Origin: Paramoeba atlantica
Taxonomy: Eukaryota > Protista > Discosea
NCBI GenBank assembly: GCA_977017575.1
Contig: CDRNVI010000032.1
Coordinates: 1-64,000, forward strand
Length of the DNA: 64,000 bases
Direction of reading: 5' to 3'
Shown here: positions 20,797 through 33,309 of the stretch, piece by piece
Layout of the letters: every line of letters begins with the position of its first letter
How positions within the stretch are numbered: position 1 is the stretch's first letter
Notes under the pieces: generated by a model
What the model was told of the DNA's origin: nothing
What the model saw: only the letters and a program-made list of their open reading frames with translations
The model's database searches: none
Position numbers and translations under genes: made by a program

Positions 20797-21204
20797 CTAT
20801 GAAAGTGTAAAAGAGATTGTTCGCACTTGTGGTCCTGTTTTTGCTTGGACAACTGATACGGGAATTGTCTTTGAATGAGGCAGTATCAGTCTATTGGTGC
20901 GACTTTCATAAAACCCTCCATCCGTAAGAGCGCGAAAATTGTGGCCCCCTTGAAGCACACGAGCGTGTAGATGGTCGATGACACTGGGCAGAAGTCGTTC
21001 AGAGTCCTGTGGAGCATTACATAGAGGACAGTAGTTCGTACCTATGATTACAGAGACCCTTTGGCATTGGATGCAAGGATCCTTTGCATCACTTTCAATG
21101 GTGCATGCACACATTGCACACCTTATAGGTTCCCCCAAAGACACGTGGCGGTCCACCTTGCAGCGAGGACAATATATTTTTCCCATCACAATAATTACAT
21201 ACAT
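20797..21204 (-). pseudogene. Cys-rich zinc-ribbon ORF running into a DDE_Tnp_4-like LTDGGF segment
   Basis: CPRC, CAMC, CIQC, CPLC, then RALTDGGF..ILPHSK, resembling CLADGGF..IRPFTK at ~13.5 kb. Confidence 0.3.
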
Positions 21205-21371
21205 ACAAAATGATCAACAAGGACCAGTAGCAGTGGTCACTAGTGGCCCAACATGGCCCCTAGTGACCCACCGTGACCCCAAGTGGACCCAAAAAAGACG
21301 CCAAGTTGCAGGGGCTCCAATTAAAGGGGGGTTCGTCTATTATTAACAAACTTTTTTGTTAACAATAGACG

Positions 21372-22241
21372 GTTTGTTAATTTTTTAGGCTCTTCGTTAA
21401 ACGCGGTGGCTGTTTTCAACTTAGAAGTCACTCTTGTTGCGCGCTTCGAGTTGAAAACTACCGCCGCGTTTAACGAAGAGCCTAAAAAAGAAAATTTATC
21501 CTGGAAAACGGAAAGATTATAGCCAAAAATAGCCGAAATTCGGGTAAAAATTGGGTGATTTTTGGGTATTTTTGCTGTCAGAGCACTAAATCTGACATTT
21601 GCGCGTGGTAAATCACTTGTAGAAATGAATGGAAGCCTACCGAACGTATTGGGTAGAGAATGCGACTCCAACCATACCACTCTTTCGACACAAAAATGCC
21701 CCTTTAGGTCCGAAAAATACTTTTTCACCTTTTTTAATCTAAAATGGGTCATTTTGAGGGGCGCACCACGGTTCGAAGAAGGGATACCTTGCGAAAACAA
21801 CTGCGGAGAAAGCTAGTGTAGGTCCGAAACTATCAAAATACAATAGGGGAAACGATCTTGGAAAAATATTTTTTTTTGCCATTTTTTTCGCCATTTGAAA
21901 TTTTTTTTCCGAGAAAATCTGAAATTGGAGGACCCGTCCTGCGGATACGCGGGGGGGTCACCCCCGGGTAGGGGGGTGGAAAATGCGCGCCAAGACCCCG
22001 TATACCCTTTCTGCGGTATTTTTTCGAAAATTAATTTTTTCGAAAAAGTTTGCTCGACCATGACCCCCCCCTGGGCAAACCATTTTTTTCAATTTTTTTT
22101 CTCAGTTTTGGTCCACTGGAGCCCCCTTTTATATTTTTTTCTTCTATTATATTACTGTGTTCCTCTTTATATTTTCACTGTTTTTGTTCATGTTTTTTTT
22201 CAATAATCGAGGTTAGAGCGGTAGTTTTACAAGCACCGCAA
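21372..22241 (-). mobile_element. HINE-like family 1, near-complete copy
   Basis: Palindrome at 21380-21490, then core and 5' module ending gtagttttacaagcaccgcaat. Confidence 0.75.
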
Positions 22242-22496
22242 TGAAGATGAAATAATACCCCGTTTTTCAATAGTAGATGAACTTTTCATCTACTATTAAC
22301 AATAGACCTTTTCGGCTTATTTTCGGCTTGTTTCCTACACTTGTCCCCAATAATAACCCCATTTTTACGAAAAAAAGCTCCGTGAAAGTTAGTTTTAGCG
22401 AATTTTCCTTCAGGGAAGCTGCGAAAAATGAAGAAATCTTTTCTTTTTTAGTCTCTTCGTTAAACGCGGTGGTTGTTTTCAACTTAGAAGTCACTC

Positions 22497-24678
22497 ATGC
22501 TGCGCAATTGCAAAGAGTTCTACTTCTTCGAGGAGTTGCAAGGGAAACCCACCATAAGACGTACTCGAGAGCATCTCTCGAGTGTGAATCACAAGACTGA
22601 GAAGGAGATGCACGACATGTGGATGGACCTTGAGGTGCAAGGTACCATGTCTGCAGGCTTTCGGTGCCAAAATCAAAATCAAATCATCATTCCGGATTGC
22701 TCCGGATGGTCACTGGCATGCCAGACCCTTCACAGACAGATTTTGAAGTTCCGAGGCCGACGTCCTCTACCAGTTTCCGCTTGTCCAAGGCGGCACCAAC
22801 GTGCTGTTGCCAACACGCTGCGTCGACGAACTGCACGTCAACACGGCTTACCCAAGAGGTGTGAGCCGGGTAAGGTAGCTGGTTCCCTGAGGGGAGGGTC
22901 CGGGACGGTCCTCCGAGTACTGGGCCTATTCGGTTATCAGCCCAGCCTCTTAGTGTGAGGCCGGTGGGAATATTGCGATGAGCGGGTTTGAACTCGCCGT
23001 CTGAGCACCATGTGCTTCAAACTTTGAATTCTTGCCACTCCGCCACCTCCACTTTCGGTGCACGAAATGTGCCACAACACAGGGCGATCAAAACCCTGAA
23101 CATCGTACTTTCAATTATGATGACATGCGCAAACATGTTTTCGAACATGGGCGCGGGGATCATTACCATTGCAAAGAGTGCCCCTTCTTCGAGGTGTTGC
23201 AAGGGAAACCCCCCATAAGACGTACTCGAGAGCTTCTCTCGAGTGCGAATCACAAAACTGAGAAGGAGATATACGACATGTGGGTGGACCTTGAGGTGCA
23301 AGGTACCATGTCTGCAGGCTTTCGGTGGACGAAATGTGCAGAATCACTGGGTAAAGTAAACCCTTCGTCGTACACGTTTATGTACTACTACATGCGCAAA
23401 CATGTTTTCGAACATGGGCGCGGAGATCACGACATTTGTGAAGCATGCTCCTTTTTTTCGAGTATGCATGGACAGCGTCCTATCTTTAAAACTCGAGAGC
23501 ATATTTCGAGTATCAGCCACGAACACGAACAGCAACTGTTCGAACTATGGCACGAGCTTCCCATAGCTCACGCAAGCGCAGGCACAGAATCCGGTTACAA
23601 GTGTGTTGCGGACGCTTGTTCCGGTGAAGTGATGAGCCTCGGCGCTGCAAGAAAGCACGTCGAAAAAAAAGCATATGAAAACAAGTGAACAAAGCTGTGA
23701 AGCTTGTTCGTTCTTTGATGCGGGGGGTATGCCCCACAAGAAGCACAATCCTGCGAAGTGCTCTGAGCACAAGCGGTGGTACGCATTTTGGACAGAAAAC
23801 GTCCTTGAAACGGAAAACATATACCAGTGCAAACTGCCTGGGTGTTCTGAAACACCTCTTAAAAAGAGGCTATAACGAAGCATGTAGCACAACATTGCGA
23901 AGGAATGCATTTATGTATTCCTTGCAATTACTTTGCTATCTTGCAAGATTTCCCTCCAGTCATGGTGGATACTAATCACGCGAATTCTCTGAAACATCGG
24001 GAAATGGCGCATCTACATCCGAAATGGGAGCTTCACGTAAGTTTCTCTAATGGATCGTATGTATGCGCACTGCACGCCATACGCAAACTAAGTGTCAAAT
24101 CTATGATGGGACACATACTCAGTAGGGGACAACCTTCACAGGTGCTCCCAACTGATATGAATGTTCCTCTGTGCGAAGTATGTACGTATTTCGCACAGAT
24201 TCAAGGAACAACGGGTATTATCCCAGCAGATGAATACCATTTGGTATCAAGTGAGCATACACGTTATGTTCAAACAAAAGTTGACTGGATCGAATTTGCC
24301 CTCCCCTGCGAACAGAACAAGTTCAAGTGCACTTTGTGCGCTACCGAACAAATGTTCACGTTTAAGGGGCTTCAAAAGCATTTTTACCGCCATCCGCTGC
24401 ATGCTGAAGCTCGGGCTTTTCGACTTCGGATCACACAAGCTGAGCGCAACAGAGCTCATGCAGTATCGCAGGATGATGAGCTGGAACGTGTGAAGCAATG
24501 CTCCACGATAACACTCACATCTTTTCAACTGATTGAGAATATTCTCAAAAGATGCTCTATTCAGAGGCATCATGATGGACATAACGTCGTTTACGTTAAA
24601 GGCAATGGCGATTGCCTCGCAATGGTATGTCTGACTAAACGACGAGTGTTCACATACAATTGCGCAGCTTCTATGTAA
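22497..24678 (+). pseudogene. Multi-zinc-finger protein (alternating matrin/U1-like and C2H2-like fingers) upstream of RepHel; fragmented
   Basis: Repeated CxxC.F..(12-16)..H..S..H units (CKECPFF, CEACSFF x2, CIPCNYF, CEVCTYF) and RKHVFEHG; ~150-bp internal duplication (22510-22665 vs 23170-23325); split by SINE1 and stops. Confidence 0.6.
22668..23051 (-). mobile_element. SINE1 with 10-bp TSD, inside the zinc-finger ORF
   Basis: TSD ctttcggtgc at 22658-22667 and 23052-23061. Confidence 0.92.
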
Positions 24679-26779
24679 ACACAGATAGCGGCAATTCGAA
24701 CCGTCTACAATATTGGAAACATGGCTACTACGCCAGTCCCTTTAGTAGGAAACGATGAAGATGAGATCTCCCTGGGAGCGATAGCATACACTATCACGCA
24801 AGACCGTGATTGGCCGAAACTGACAGAACGTGATAAACTTTTATCACTCTTGAAGTGGCTCGAAGCTTCACTGGAAAAAGGCGAAGTGGGGGTTATACCC
24901 CTCACTTTGTATCCACCAGAAAAGCGTACCAAAGAAGCATTCACAAGGCTAGATCATCCACTAAAATCAGTAGAGATTCTCTACTTTATGGAAAATGTAT
25001 TATGTAAAACCATTAACACACGACGATTTCCTGTGAAAGTATGTCCATCCAATGAATGTGACAAGTTCACTTCAAGGAACCGTGTGGGTTTACACATATT
25101 TACATACTTGGAAACGGATGAATCATCGGGACCCATATGGGTCCTTGTTTCCTTGAAAAAGAAGGGTGAAAAGAACGTTTACACGTTTATTACGAGTCCC
25201 TCTCTTGAAAATGAAATTGTTTCAATTTTGAATCAAGAATCTGTCACGAATGTGACGAATGCTAGCACTATTGACAGTGCAGCATATGCTATCATGCAGA
25301 TGTTTGAAAATACCATCTTTCACACAAACGAAATATGCAAAGAATCTTCAGCCAATGAACTTCGGTACTGGCTTGAACGATGTTGCATCGCGAAGTGCAT
25401 TGTCAATTTTGACACATACGAAGTCAATGGAGATGGCTCACGTCGAACACGTTTTGACATTGAGCGCAATCCAAAAGACGCACTAAAATACTTCTATGAG
25501 ACTTCCTACATTGATCGTCTTCCTTTGGAAGATTTTTCAGTCAGTACGGAAGCTCAAGAAGAGTGCATGAAAAGGTACAAAAAGAGAATGAACGACGACC
25601 AACGTATCACAAGTTGTGATTCTTGTAAATTTATTCTTCTCGAAAGTGACCTTCCGAATCCCGAAGCGCAACTTTGTGCAAGGGATCAAAGAATAATGGA
25701 CAAAAAAGGGAGAATTCCTCGCGGTCCAGTAGAACAACCTTCTACAAATCACCTTCCATTACCCACGCTGGTAGGAGAGATCCTTCTTCAAAAGGCGTTT
25801 TTACAGCGCACAATCATCAGTGTACATAGGAAAGGTGGCGCATATGCCGCATCCTTAAGGACAGACACGAAGTTCACTGGACACGTGACGGCTACAGAAC
25901 GCGAAACCCTTGAGCTCTTGCAACTCGAAAGAGTTCCTGATCTCGAGGGCGCGATTAAGAACATCCAAATCGTTTGGATAGCCAACGAACGGAGAACGAA
26001 ACGTAGTCAAAGACTATGTTCTGCACAGCTGAGTGGCATATTCGGCGTGAAATCAGAGACCCTGAACACCTGGGTAAACTTACTCTGTGAGCATAACCAC
26101 GTGTATGCTCAACTGAAAGAGGAAGGAAAGATCAACGTTGTTACCGAACAACGTTGTAGAGACGTTGTCTCACATCTTTGGGATAGATCTGTTTCCCAGG
26201 AGGGTGAAAACGCCATCAACAGTATGGTCACCCAAGCAGTGGCTTCCTATACGTTACATCGCGATCCTCGCGGTGAGATCACACGATCTTTTGTAACTAA
26301 TCACAGACCTGTAAGCAATGCGCCGGCGGGTGCGCAAATTACGCATGCCGTGGCGATGCAACTGAAACAAAAAGAAGGTTTACTCAATGAGTATACCGAC
26401 ATGGAAAACATCTTGCTCGGAGCATTTCCGACGCTGATGCAAAAGTACCCTTTTAAGGGTTCAACGTTTGAACTATATGAAATCAAGGAAATTCTAGAGC
26501 AATCGGGTTCCCGATTTGCAAAGAATGCTAGATTCATATTTTACTGCTACGATGTGCTTCGGCGCCGTGCAGTCTCATCAGCAGTAGTGCAAAATCTGAA
26601 GTATAACAAAGATATGCACAGAAGCCTCATGAATTTTTGCAATGCTGATTCTTTCAATCACATTATCCAACAGGCTGTAAGGAACCCAAACAGTTCCGAG
26701 GCGAAACTTCTGGAAACAAAGCTTCTGCCATTTGTGCAAGTATGCGAAAAAACGATACCCTTTTCGCCAGCAAAGCGAA

Positions 26780-26874
26780 GAAGAAGAAGAAGAAGAAGAA
26801 GAAGAAGAAGAAGAAGAAGAAGAAGAAGAAGAAGAAGAAGAAGAAGAAGAAGAAGAAGAAGAAGAAGAAGAAGA
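26780..26874. repeat. (GAA)~32 tract inserted with a 12-bp TSD
   Basis: cagcaaagcgaa at 26768-26779 and 26875-26886; removing the tract and one TSD restores the Rep frame (PAKRKASQGQVY). Confidence 0.9.
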
Positions 26875-27799
26875 CAGCAAAGCGAAAGGCATCACAAGGC
26901 CAGGTCTACGTCTTATACAGGCGATACGGACTTCCAAGTTACTGGGTCACACTGAGTCCAAACATGAACGATAACGTTCTAGCTCTAAGAATCATCGCAA
27001 ATGATGAGAGCGAAAAAATGCAGGAAATGCGGGCTAAGCGATCTGAGCTTGTGCAAAGGAATCCTGTCAGATCCACTGGCATTTTCGAACGACAAATCCG
27101 TACTCTTCTTACCGAATTGTACGGAATGTCGAATGTAGATGAGGTAAAGAAGGAACGTGACGTTCTTGAAGGCCTCTTTGGTCGCCCTCGAGCATTTTTT
27201 GGTGTTGTAGAATGCCAGAAAAGAGGTGCGCTACACTTTCATAGTGTGCTATGGACGAATCTTAGTCCACATTACGTCTCCGAATTAATTCACATTGTGA
27301 AGGAGCACGATGGTAGTCTTTGGGTACGACGATGCGCGCTGATCTGCCCGAGTGGGCGCAAAGGATCAGTAAGGAGCTCTACGGCCCTGCAACGCTCGAC
27401 TACTCAACGATGTATCGCGGAGGTCTACATATCATTCCTGATGAAAAGGGTGATTATTTCAGGGAACATGTGGCCAAATGTGCTGTTGATGTTCAGCAGC
27501 ACGTTGGTCACAGACCCGTGCGTTTCAAAATGAAAGGAAACATTAGCAAGAACAAATGCCGATATGGCATTCCATCCGTACTTCATGAAAATGAAACGGA
27601 AGTTAGAGAGGTTGAGGTTCAGATGGATGAATCCGGGAAACCGGAATTCCGGCTCAAGGCTCCAACACGGTCGATTAAAAATGATACCATTTGGCCAGTA
27701 CTTGATGAAAGGTCTCTTATTGTGCTTCTGCGCAATAACCAGGACCCGACACAACACACTAAACGGGGATCCATAACCGTTCCGTACAATGAAACACTC

Positions 27800-28183
27800 C
27801 AAAAAAAAATCCAAATCATTCCGGATTGCTCCGGATGGTCACTGGCAAGCCAGACCCTTCACAGACAGATTTGGAAGTTCCGAGGCCGACGTCCTCTACC
27901 AGTTTCCGCTTGTCCAAGGCGGCACCAACGTGCTGTTGCCAACACGCTGCGTCGACGAACTGCACGTCAACACGGCTTACCCAAGAGGTGTAAGCCGGGT
28001 AAGGTAGCTGGTTCCCTGAGGGGAGGGTCCGGGACGGTCCTCCGAGTACTGGGCCTAGTCGGTTATCAGCCCAGCCTCTTGGAGTGAGGCCGCCAGGAAT
28101 ATTGCGATGAGTGGGTTTGAACTCGCCGTCTGAGCACCATGTGCTTCAAACTTTGAATTCTTGCCACTCCGCCACCTCCGCTC
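27800..28183 (-). mobile_element. SINE1 with 13-bp TSD, inside Helitron Rep
   Basis: TSD caatgaaacactc at 27787-27799 and 28184-28196. Confidence 0.93.
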
Positions 28184-28370
28184 CAATGAAACACTCACTG
28201 CTTGCGTAAGATGCAATACATGTGTAGTTTTCATTGGGGGCGAAGGTCCCGGCATAAAAATTATGCAATATCTCATAAAATATATGAGCAAGGACATTGG
28301 TCCACCTGTGTACATTGTACCAGCACTTCGCTCAGCCAATAACCACCTTCAAATGGCTCTGAATTCAGAG

Positions 28371-28809
28371 GGCTCTGAATTCAGGGCGGTTTGGGCGTAG
28401 TTGGTAGACGGTGGGCCTTACAAGCTGCAGGTTGTTGGTTCGATTCCCGCTATCGACAAAACTCGCAACCTGGCGGCCTCACTACAAAGGGAAAGCGATC
28501 AGGAGTGCCTTCAAGGCCCACACCCAACCCCGCTCCCCTGGAGGACCGACCCGGAACCGCCGAGCTGAACCAGGCTCCAGCGCAGCCGCTAAATTGCGAG
28601 CTGCTTACGCAAAGGAGGCTTGAGACACAGCCTACACGATGCAACGGGGTGGGCGCCCGTCCTGGTAGCTACGGTTGGGTAGCCGTGCTCGGGCCGCAAG
28701 GCGTCGAGTGCCGCCTGGGAAGGGGGTAGCAACACGATGAAGGTCGTTGACCTGAGACTCTACACTAACGGTTGGCGCTGCAGAGCCCTCCGTGTCTTCT
28801 GTCTGTCTG
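28371..28809 (+). mobile_element. SINE2, full length, inside Helitron Rep
   Basis: TSD tctgaattcagag at 28358-28370 and 28810-28822; (tctg)n tail. Confidence 0.92.
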
Positions 28810-31800
28810 TCTGAATTCAGAGAACAGAGCGCAAACTGACATTCCGATGGCACGCTTAGTTCTACAGAAATTGTCGAACATGACACATCGAAAGATGGAA
28901 GTTTCAATCGAAATGGCAACTGCCTTTTGTCTCGGCCAACCCTCCGAGTACATGAGCCATAACTTCACATGGATCAATATGAACCGTGTAATGAAGTTCC
29001 TGGCAAACATCTCAAGTGAGTCAGATCACAGAGATCTAGAAATCAGTGACGATGATTCGTCACAAGACTCTGATATGGAGTTCGACAACGGTATCTTAGA
29101 GGCTCCTCTAATGATCACCGAACATGGTTGTGCAGTTCTTGCAACACCCCATGTGCGTTACATGCACAGGGGCGAAGATCTTCAAGACCTTGACCTGTAT
29201 TCCTATGCAGGCATTGTCAGCGTAAAGAAGAAAAGAGCTGAACTAGCTCAAGAAGAGCCCGATCATGATTCAGATTTTGAGTCAGGGACAAATCGAAGAC
29301 GTCGTCGCGGACGTCGTGCTAATGGGAGATACGCCTTTGAGGACATTGAAGGCCTCCCGGAATTTGAGCCTGGAGATATTGTTGAGCAACAGTTGCGCTC
29401 TTTGCACACTGTGCTAGCTATACCAGGTTTTCCCATATTGAATTCTTCAAAAGAACCTGGGGCACGAGCTCGAAGCCATCTTCGAGTAGCGAAACACATG
29501 GTGGCATTGTTTTCCCCATGGACGAAAGGCTCAACGAGCCATGAAATGACCCTAGAAGGGTTTGAAAAGCTTCTCAATGAAGCGAAAATAAATACGCCTG
29601 GAAAGTATGACATAATGTGCAACTTTCTTCGGCTTTTACATGCTTCGAAGAATAAAGAGAACGCGGCAGATTTGTATCGACGCAAAGATGCTTGCACTCT
29701 GGAAGAAGCAAGATTAGCACGCAACATTGCGTACGAAAATGAGCTTGAAGTGCGAGAGGTTGAACCTCATCTTCAAGACGCTCTTGAAACACAGCAGAAT
29801 ACTGCAGTGGTTAATGAAGAGCGATTGGTTCAGCAGAATGCATACTGCGAACTACAAACGCGAGCTTTAACGGCCGCGTTAGGAGGTTCTACTGAGAACT
29901 CCTCTGAAGAAAATATTGATCTTTTATCGACAAGGACGAGGTCCAATATTTCAGTCATAAATGCGCGAAAGCGCTATGCTGAAATGATTCAAAACGAACG
30001 ATTTGCAACTTCGGCTCAATCTGAGCCAAGTGCACCAGTGGACAGAGCTCATTTTAATGAGGATCATCCACTGGCTCGCAGTAATCAATACGAAGAGATT
30101 ACGTTTGATCGCAGCTACATATTGCGCGAAGACAACAGTTCCATTGAACTGAACCAAGCACAGAAACAGTGCGTAAATCAAACTGAAGATTTACTAAACG
30201 GGAAACTAGACCCCGAGCGGAAATGTATGTTTCTGCTCGGTGGCCCCGGAACCTGGAAAAGTCTAGTTTCCCGTTTCATAATGCAAGAACTGGGAAGCCA
30301 ATGTATTGCAATGGCGCCCACTGGGATCGCCGCATCAGTACTTCGCTGTTGCACAATACACGCTTCCCTCTGCATACCGATAGTGGCTACTGCAAGAAAT
30401 TTGAAACATCTTTCAAGCAGTAGCCTTCTACCATAACAACAAAGGTATGAGAAATGTCGATTAATCATAGTCGAAGAAGTGTCAATGATCAGCAAGTGTT
30501 TCCTTGCCTGTATCGACACTAGACTGCAGCAAATCAAAGGAAATGAGCAGCTTCCCTATGGAGGCATCAACATGCTCTTTGTTGGAGATTTTTATCAGCT
30601 GAGACCACTACAAGGAGCGTCTCTTACCATAGAAGATAGCTCTCCTGGTAATAATCCCATTTTTGAGAATATTTTTCAAGTCTCGTATGTGTTTGAACTC
30701 AAACAGCAAATGCGAGCACGACAAGATACTGTATTTTCAGATATCTTGCGTTTTCTTCGAAAAGCTCCCAATGAGGGGTTGAAGAAGTTCATCCAATTGG
30801 TAAAACCTCTTACCTCTGAGGACCAAGAAAATTCAGTTATTTGTTGGAACAAATATTGAACAGCACAAGATTAATGTCGCAATGGCAAGAAATTTTGCCA
30901 GACGCCACAATTGCCCATTGTTCGCATGGACAGGCGATAACGTCCAAGGTAAACTCATTGACACACACCCTGAAGCATTTTCCGTATGTAAAAGGAGCAC
31001 CCGGTGTAATCACCGAGAACATTGCTCCTTATACAATGAAAATTGCGAATGGGACAGTGATTGAAATGAGAGGCCTTGTGTCAGACGATTTGTCATACGA
31101 CACTATTGATGGTGTCCGTTATCTACGAAAAGCCCCTTCTTTTATGCAATGCATTGAGAAGGGGTCAGGTGTAGAATTTTACGCCAAAAAGGCGCAGCAC
31201 CATGATAAGGCTTCCCAAGGAAACTTTCAAGTGGAATTGGGATTTGCCTATACGTATCACAAAGTACAAGGTATCACCGTGAAGAACGGTGTTATTCTTG
31301 ACTTGAATGATAGGACGTGGTCCAAGAGACCGGAACTCGCCAAGCTCACAGTAGCAATATCCAGGGCACAATGCCTCGATGATATTCGAGTGCTCCCTGG
31401 CATGGGCACAGATCGCCCAGGAACACACCTGACTTCAGGTTACCATAGGCCTAAATTTCCGGCCATGGAAAAAGCAAATCGGCTTACCGATTTGACTTAT
31501 CAATTCTAAGAAATTAGATTGAAACGATCTTCTTAGGAAGACCTCTCTAGGGGGGAAGCAAGCTTGATACCGGTCACAAGCCCGGCGTCTTCAGCTTCGG
31601 CAGAAGAAGTGCGAGTGACCCCAACGCTCAAGCGCCCTCTACCAAAAAAAAATGTCCCCATCATGGCTGCAGAATTACGCTCCGTCAAACGAGGTAAAGC
31701 ACCCTCCGCGGCAGCGGGTCTGCACCCTCTCGAAGGGCCCTCCGGGCAGGCCCTTCAAAAACAAGACTTCTACGTTCATGTATTGCTTTTTAAGTCGAAT

Positions 31801-31848
31801 GTTTCTAGACTCAGCTTGATTTTTTTGAAAACTTTCTTTGAATTTACT

Positions 31849-32175
31849 ATGGCCTCGGAGGAGAATCAATCAACCAATGGTAACGACATTTCCGACAAGG
31901 AAAGAGATACAAAGCGCAAAAGAGATGATGACTTAGAATCTCTACACGTTTTGCGCTCTGCGCGCGAAGAGCGTGATGAGCGCTCAATCACAATAGAACA
32001 CCTTCCCTCCTCTACGACTAAAGAAGACCTTACCAAGCATTACGCTTCGTATGGTGAAATCGATTGTATAACAATCGTATCAAAAAAGGGACTGGCGCAC
32101 GTGTGTTTTAGCAGAAAGCGAAGCGCGCATCGAGCGTTTACTTCAAAGGGAAAAAGAAGAGAAACAGATACTTAA
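31849..32175 (+). CDS. Small RRM-domain ORF downstream of the helicase
   Basis: RSITIEHLPSSTTKEDLTKHYASYGEIDCITIVSKKGLAHVCF fits the RNP2/RNP1 layout; ATG at 31849 within the 31564-32175 ORF. Confidence 0.65.
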   Translation: MASEENQSTNGNDISDKERDTKRKRDDDLESLHVLRSAREERDERSITIEHLPSSTTKEDLTKHYASYGEIDCITIVSKKGLAHVCFSRKRSAHRAFTSKGKRRETDT

Positions 32176-33309
32176 ATTTCTGAATAAGTGTGTAAGACGT
32201 TTGGAAGTGAAAGTTGGTTTAAAATTTTGAAGTCATGATTCGAAGGTTGGAGAAGGAAAGAAAGCACCTTTCTTACGAGAAATTTTCGGCTTAAATTCGT
32301 CCGCAGCACCGTTTTTTGTTTACGATTCATCGCATCAAAGTTTTTCTGTGGTATTACTTTGTGTCTCGGAAACCCTCTGTAAGTATTTGCAACTTCGCAT
32401 TTTCTAAACTCAAATAAATACAATTGAAACTAAATTTGTTAAAAAAATGTTTACATTTACATAGCAGATCTACATTTGCAGTCCTCACTTCTTCTATTTT
32501 TAGCCTGATCATTCAACAACCCTATTTTTGCCCAACTATCGGCTCTTTTTGGACCAAATCCAAAACTAACCCTCTGGTTTCTTTTACTCTCCTGTCAAAT
32601 TTTTCTTTTCTAGGCTCTTCGTTAAACGCGGTAAAGGAAAAAAATATAAAAGGGGGGTCCGGTGGTCCAAAATTGAAAACAAAAATTGAAAAAAAATGGG
32701 GGGTCCATGGGGGGGGGGCATACCCTACCCGGGGGTGACCCCCCCTCGTATCCGCAAGACGTGTCAAAAATTTGTTTTGAAAAAATTTTCAACTTGACGA
32801 AAAAATTGGTAAAAAGAAAGTTTTCCAAAGTTGTTTCGCCTATTGTATTTTTTTAGTTTGGGACCTATTCCAGCTTTTTACGCCATTGGTTTTGCGAGGT
32901 GTCGCTTCTTGAAGCCGTGGTACGCCTCCCAAAATGTCCCATTTTTGATCAAAAAATGCGAAAAAGTAATTTTTGGACACCAAGAGGTCTTTTTGGGTCG
33001 TACGAATCCTGTGGTTGGAGTCGCATTCTCTACCCAATACGTTCTGTAGCCTCGAATGCGTGCCTACGAGTCATTTCCCACACGCAAATGTCAAGTTTAG
33101 TGCTCTATATACAAAAATCACCCCATTTTAACCTAAAAATCGGCTATTTTTGGCTCAAATCCTTCCGTTTTCTTCCGCGTCCCTGGCCAATTTTCTTTTT
33201 TGGACTCTTCGTAAAACGCGGTGGTAGTTTTCAACGCGAAGCGCGCAGCATGAGTGACTTCTAAGTTGAAAACAACCACCGCGTTTTACGAAGAGCCTAA
33301 AAAAGAAAA

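Larger units (their letters stand above)
24721..31509 (+). mobile_element. Helitron/Helentron-type RepHel (HUH Rep plus PIF1 helicase), inactivated
   Basis: Rep: YGLPSYWVTLSPN, VECQKRGALHFHSVLW (HUH), PYNE..RCN, YLIKYMSK. PIF1: GGPGTWKS, APTGIAA, IIVEEVSMI, GDFYQL, LKQQMR, AYTYHKVQG, VAISRA. Three retro-insertions plus a stop and a frameshift. Confidence 0.92.

Noticed and set aside
22269-22297. Perfect 13-bp hairpin aatagtagatgaa-ctt-ttcatctactatt as an intrinsic terminator
   Set aside because: Eukaryotic context, no gene upstream and no U-tract; more likely part of an element end. Function unsupported.
26578-26974. Poly-Arg, poly-Lys, poly-Glu and poly-Ser proteins
   Set aside because: Translations of the inserted (GAA)n tract.
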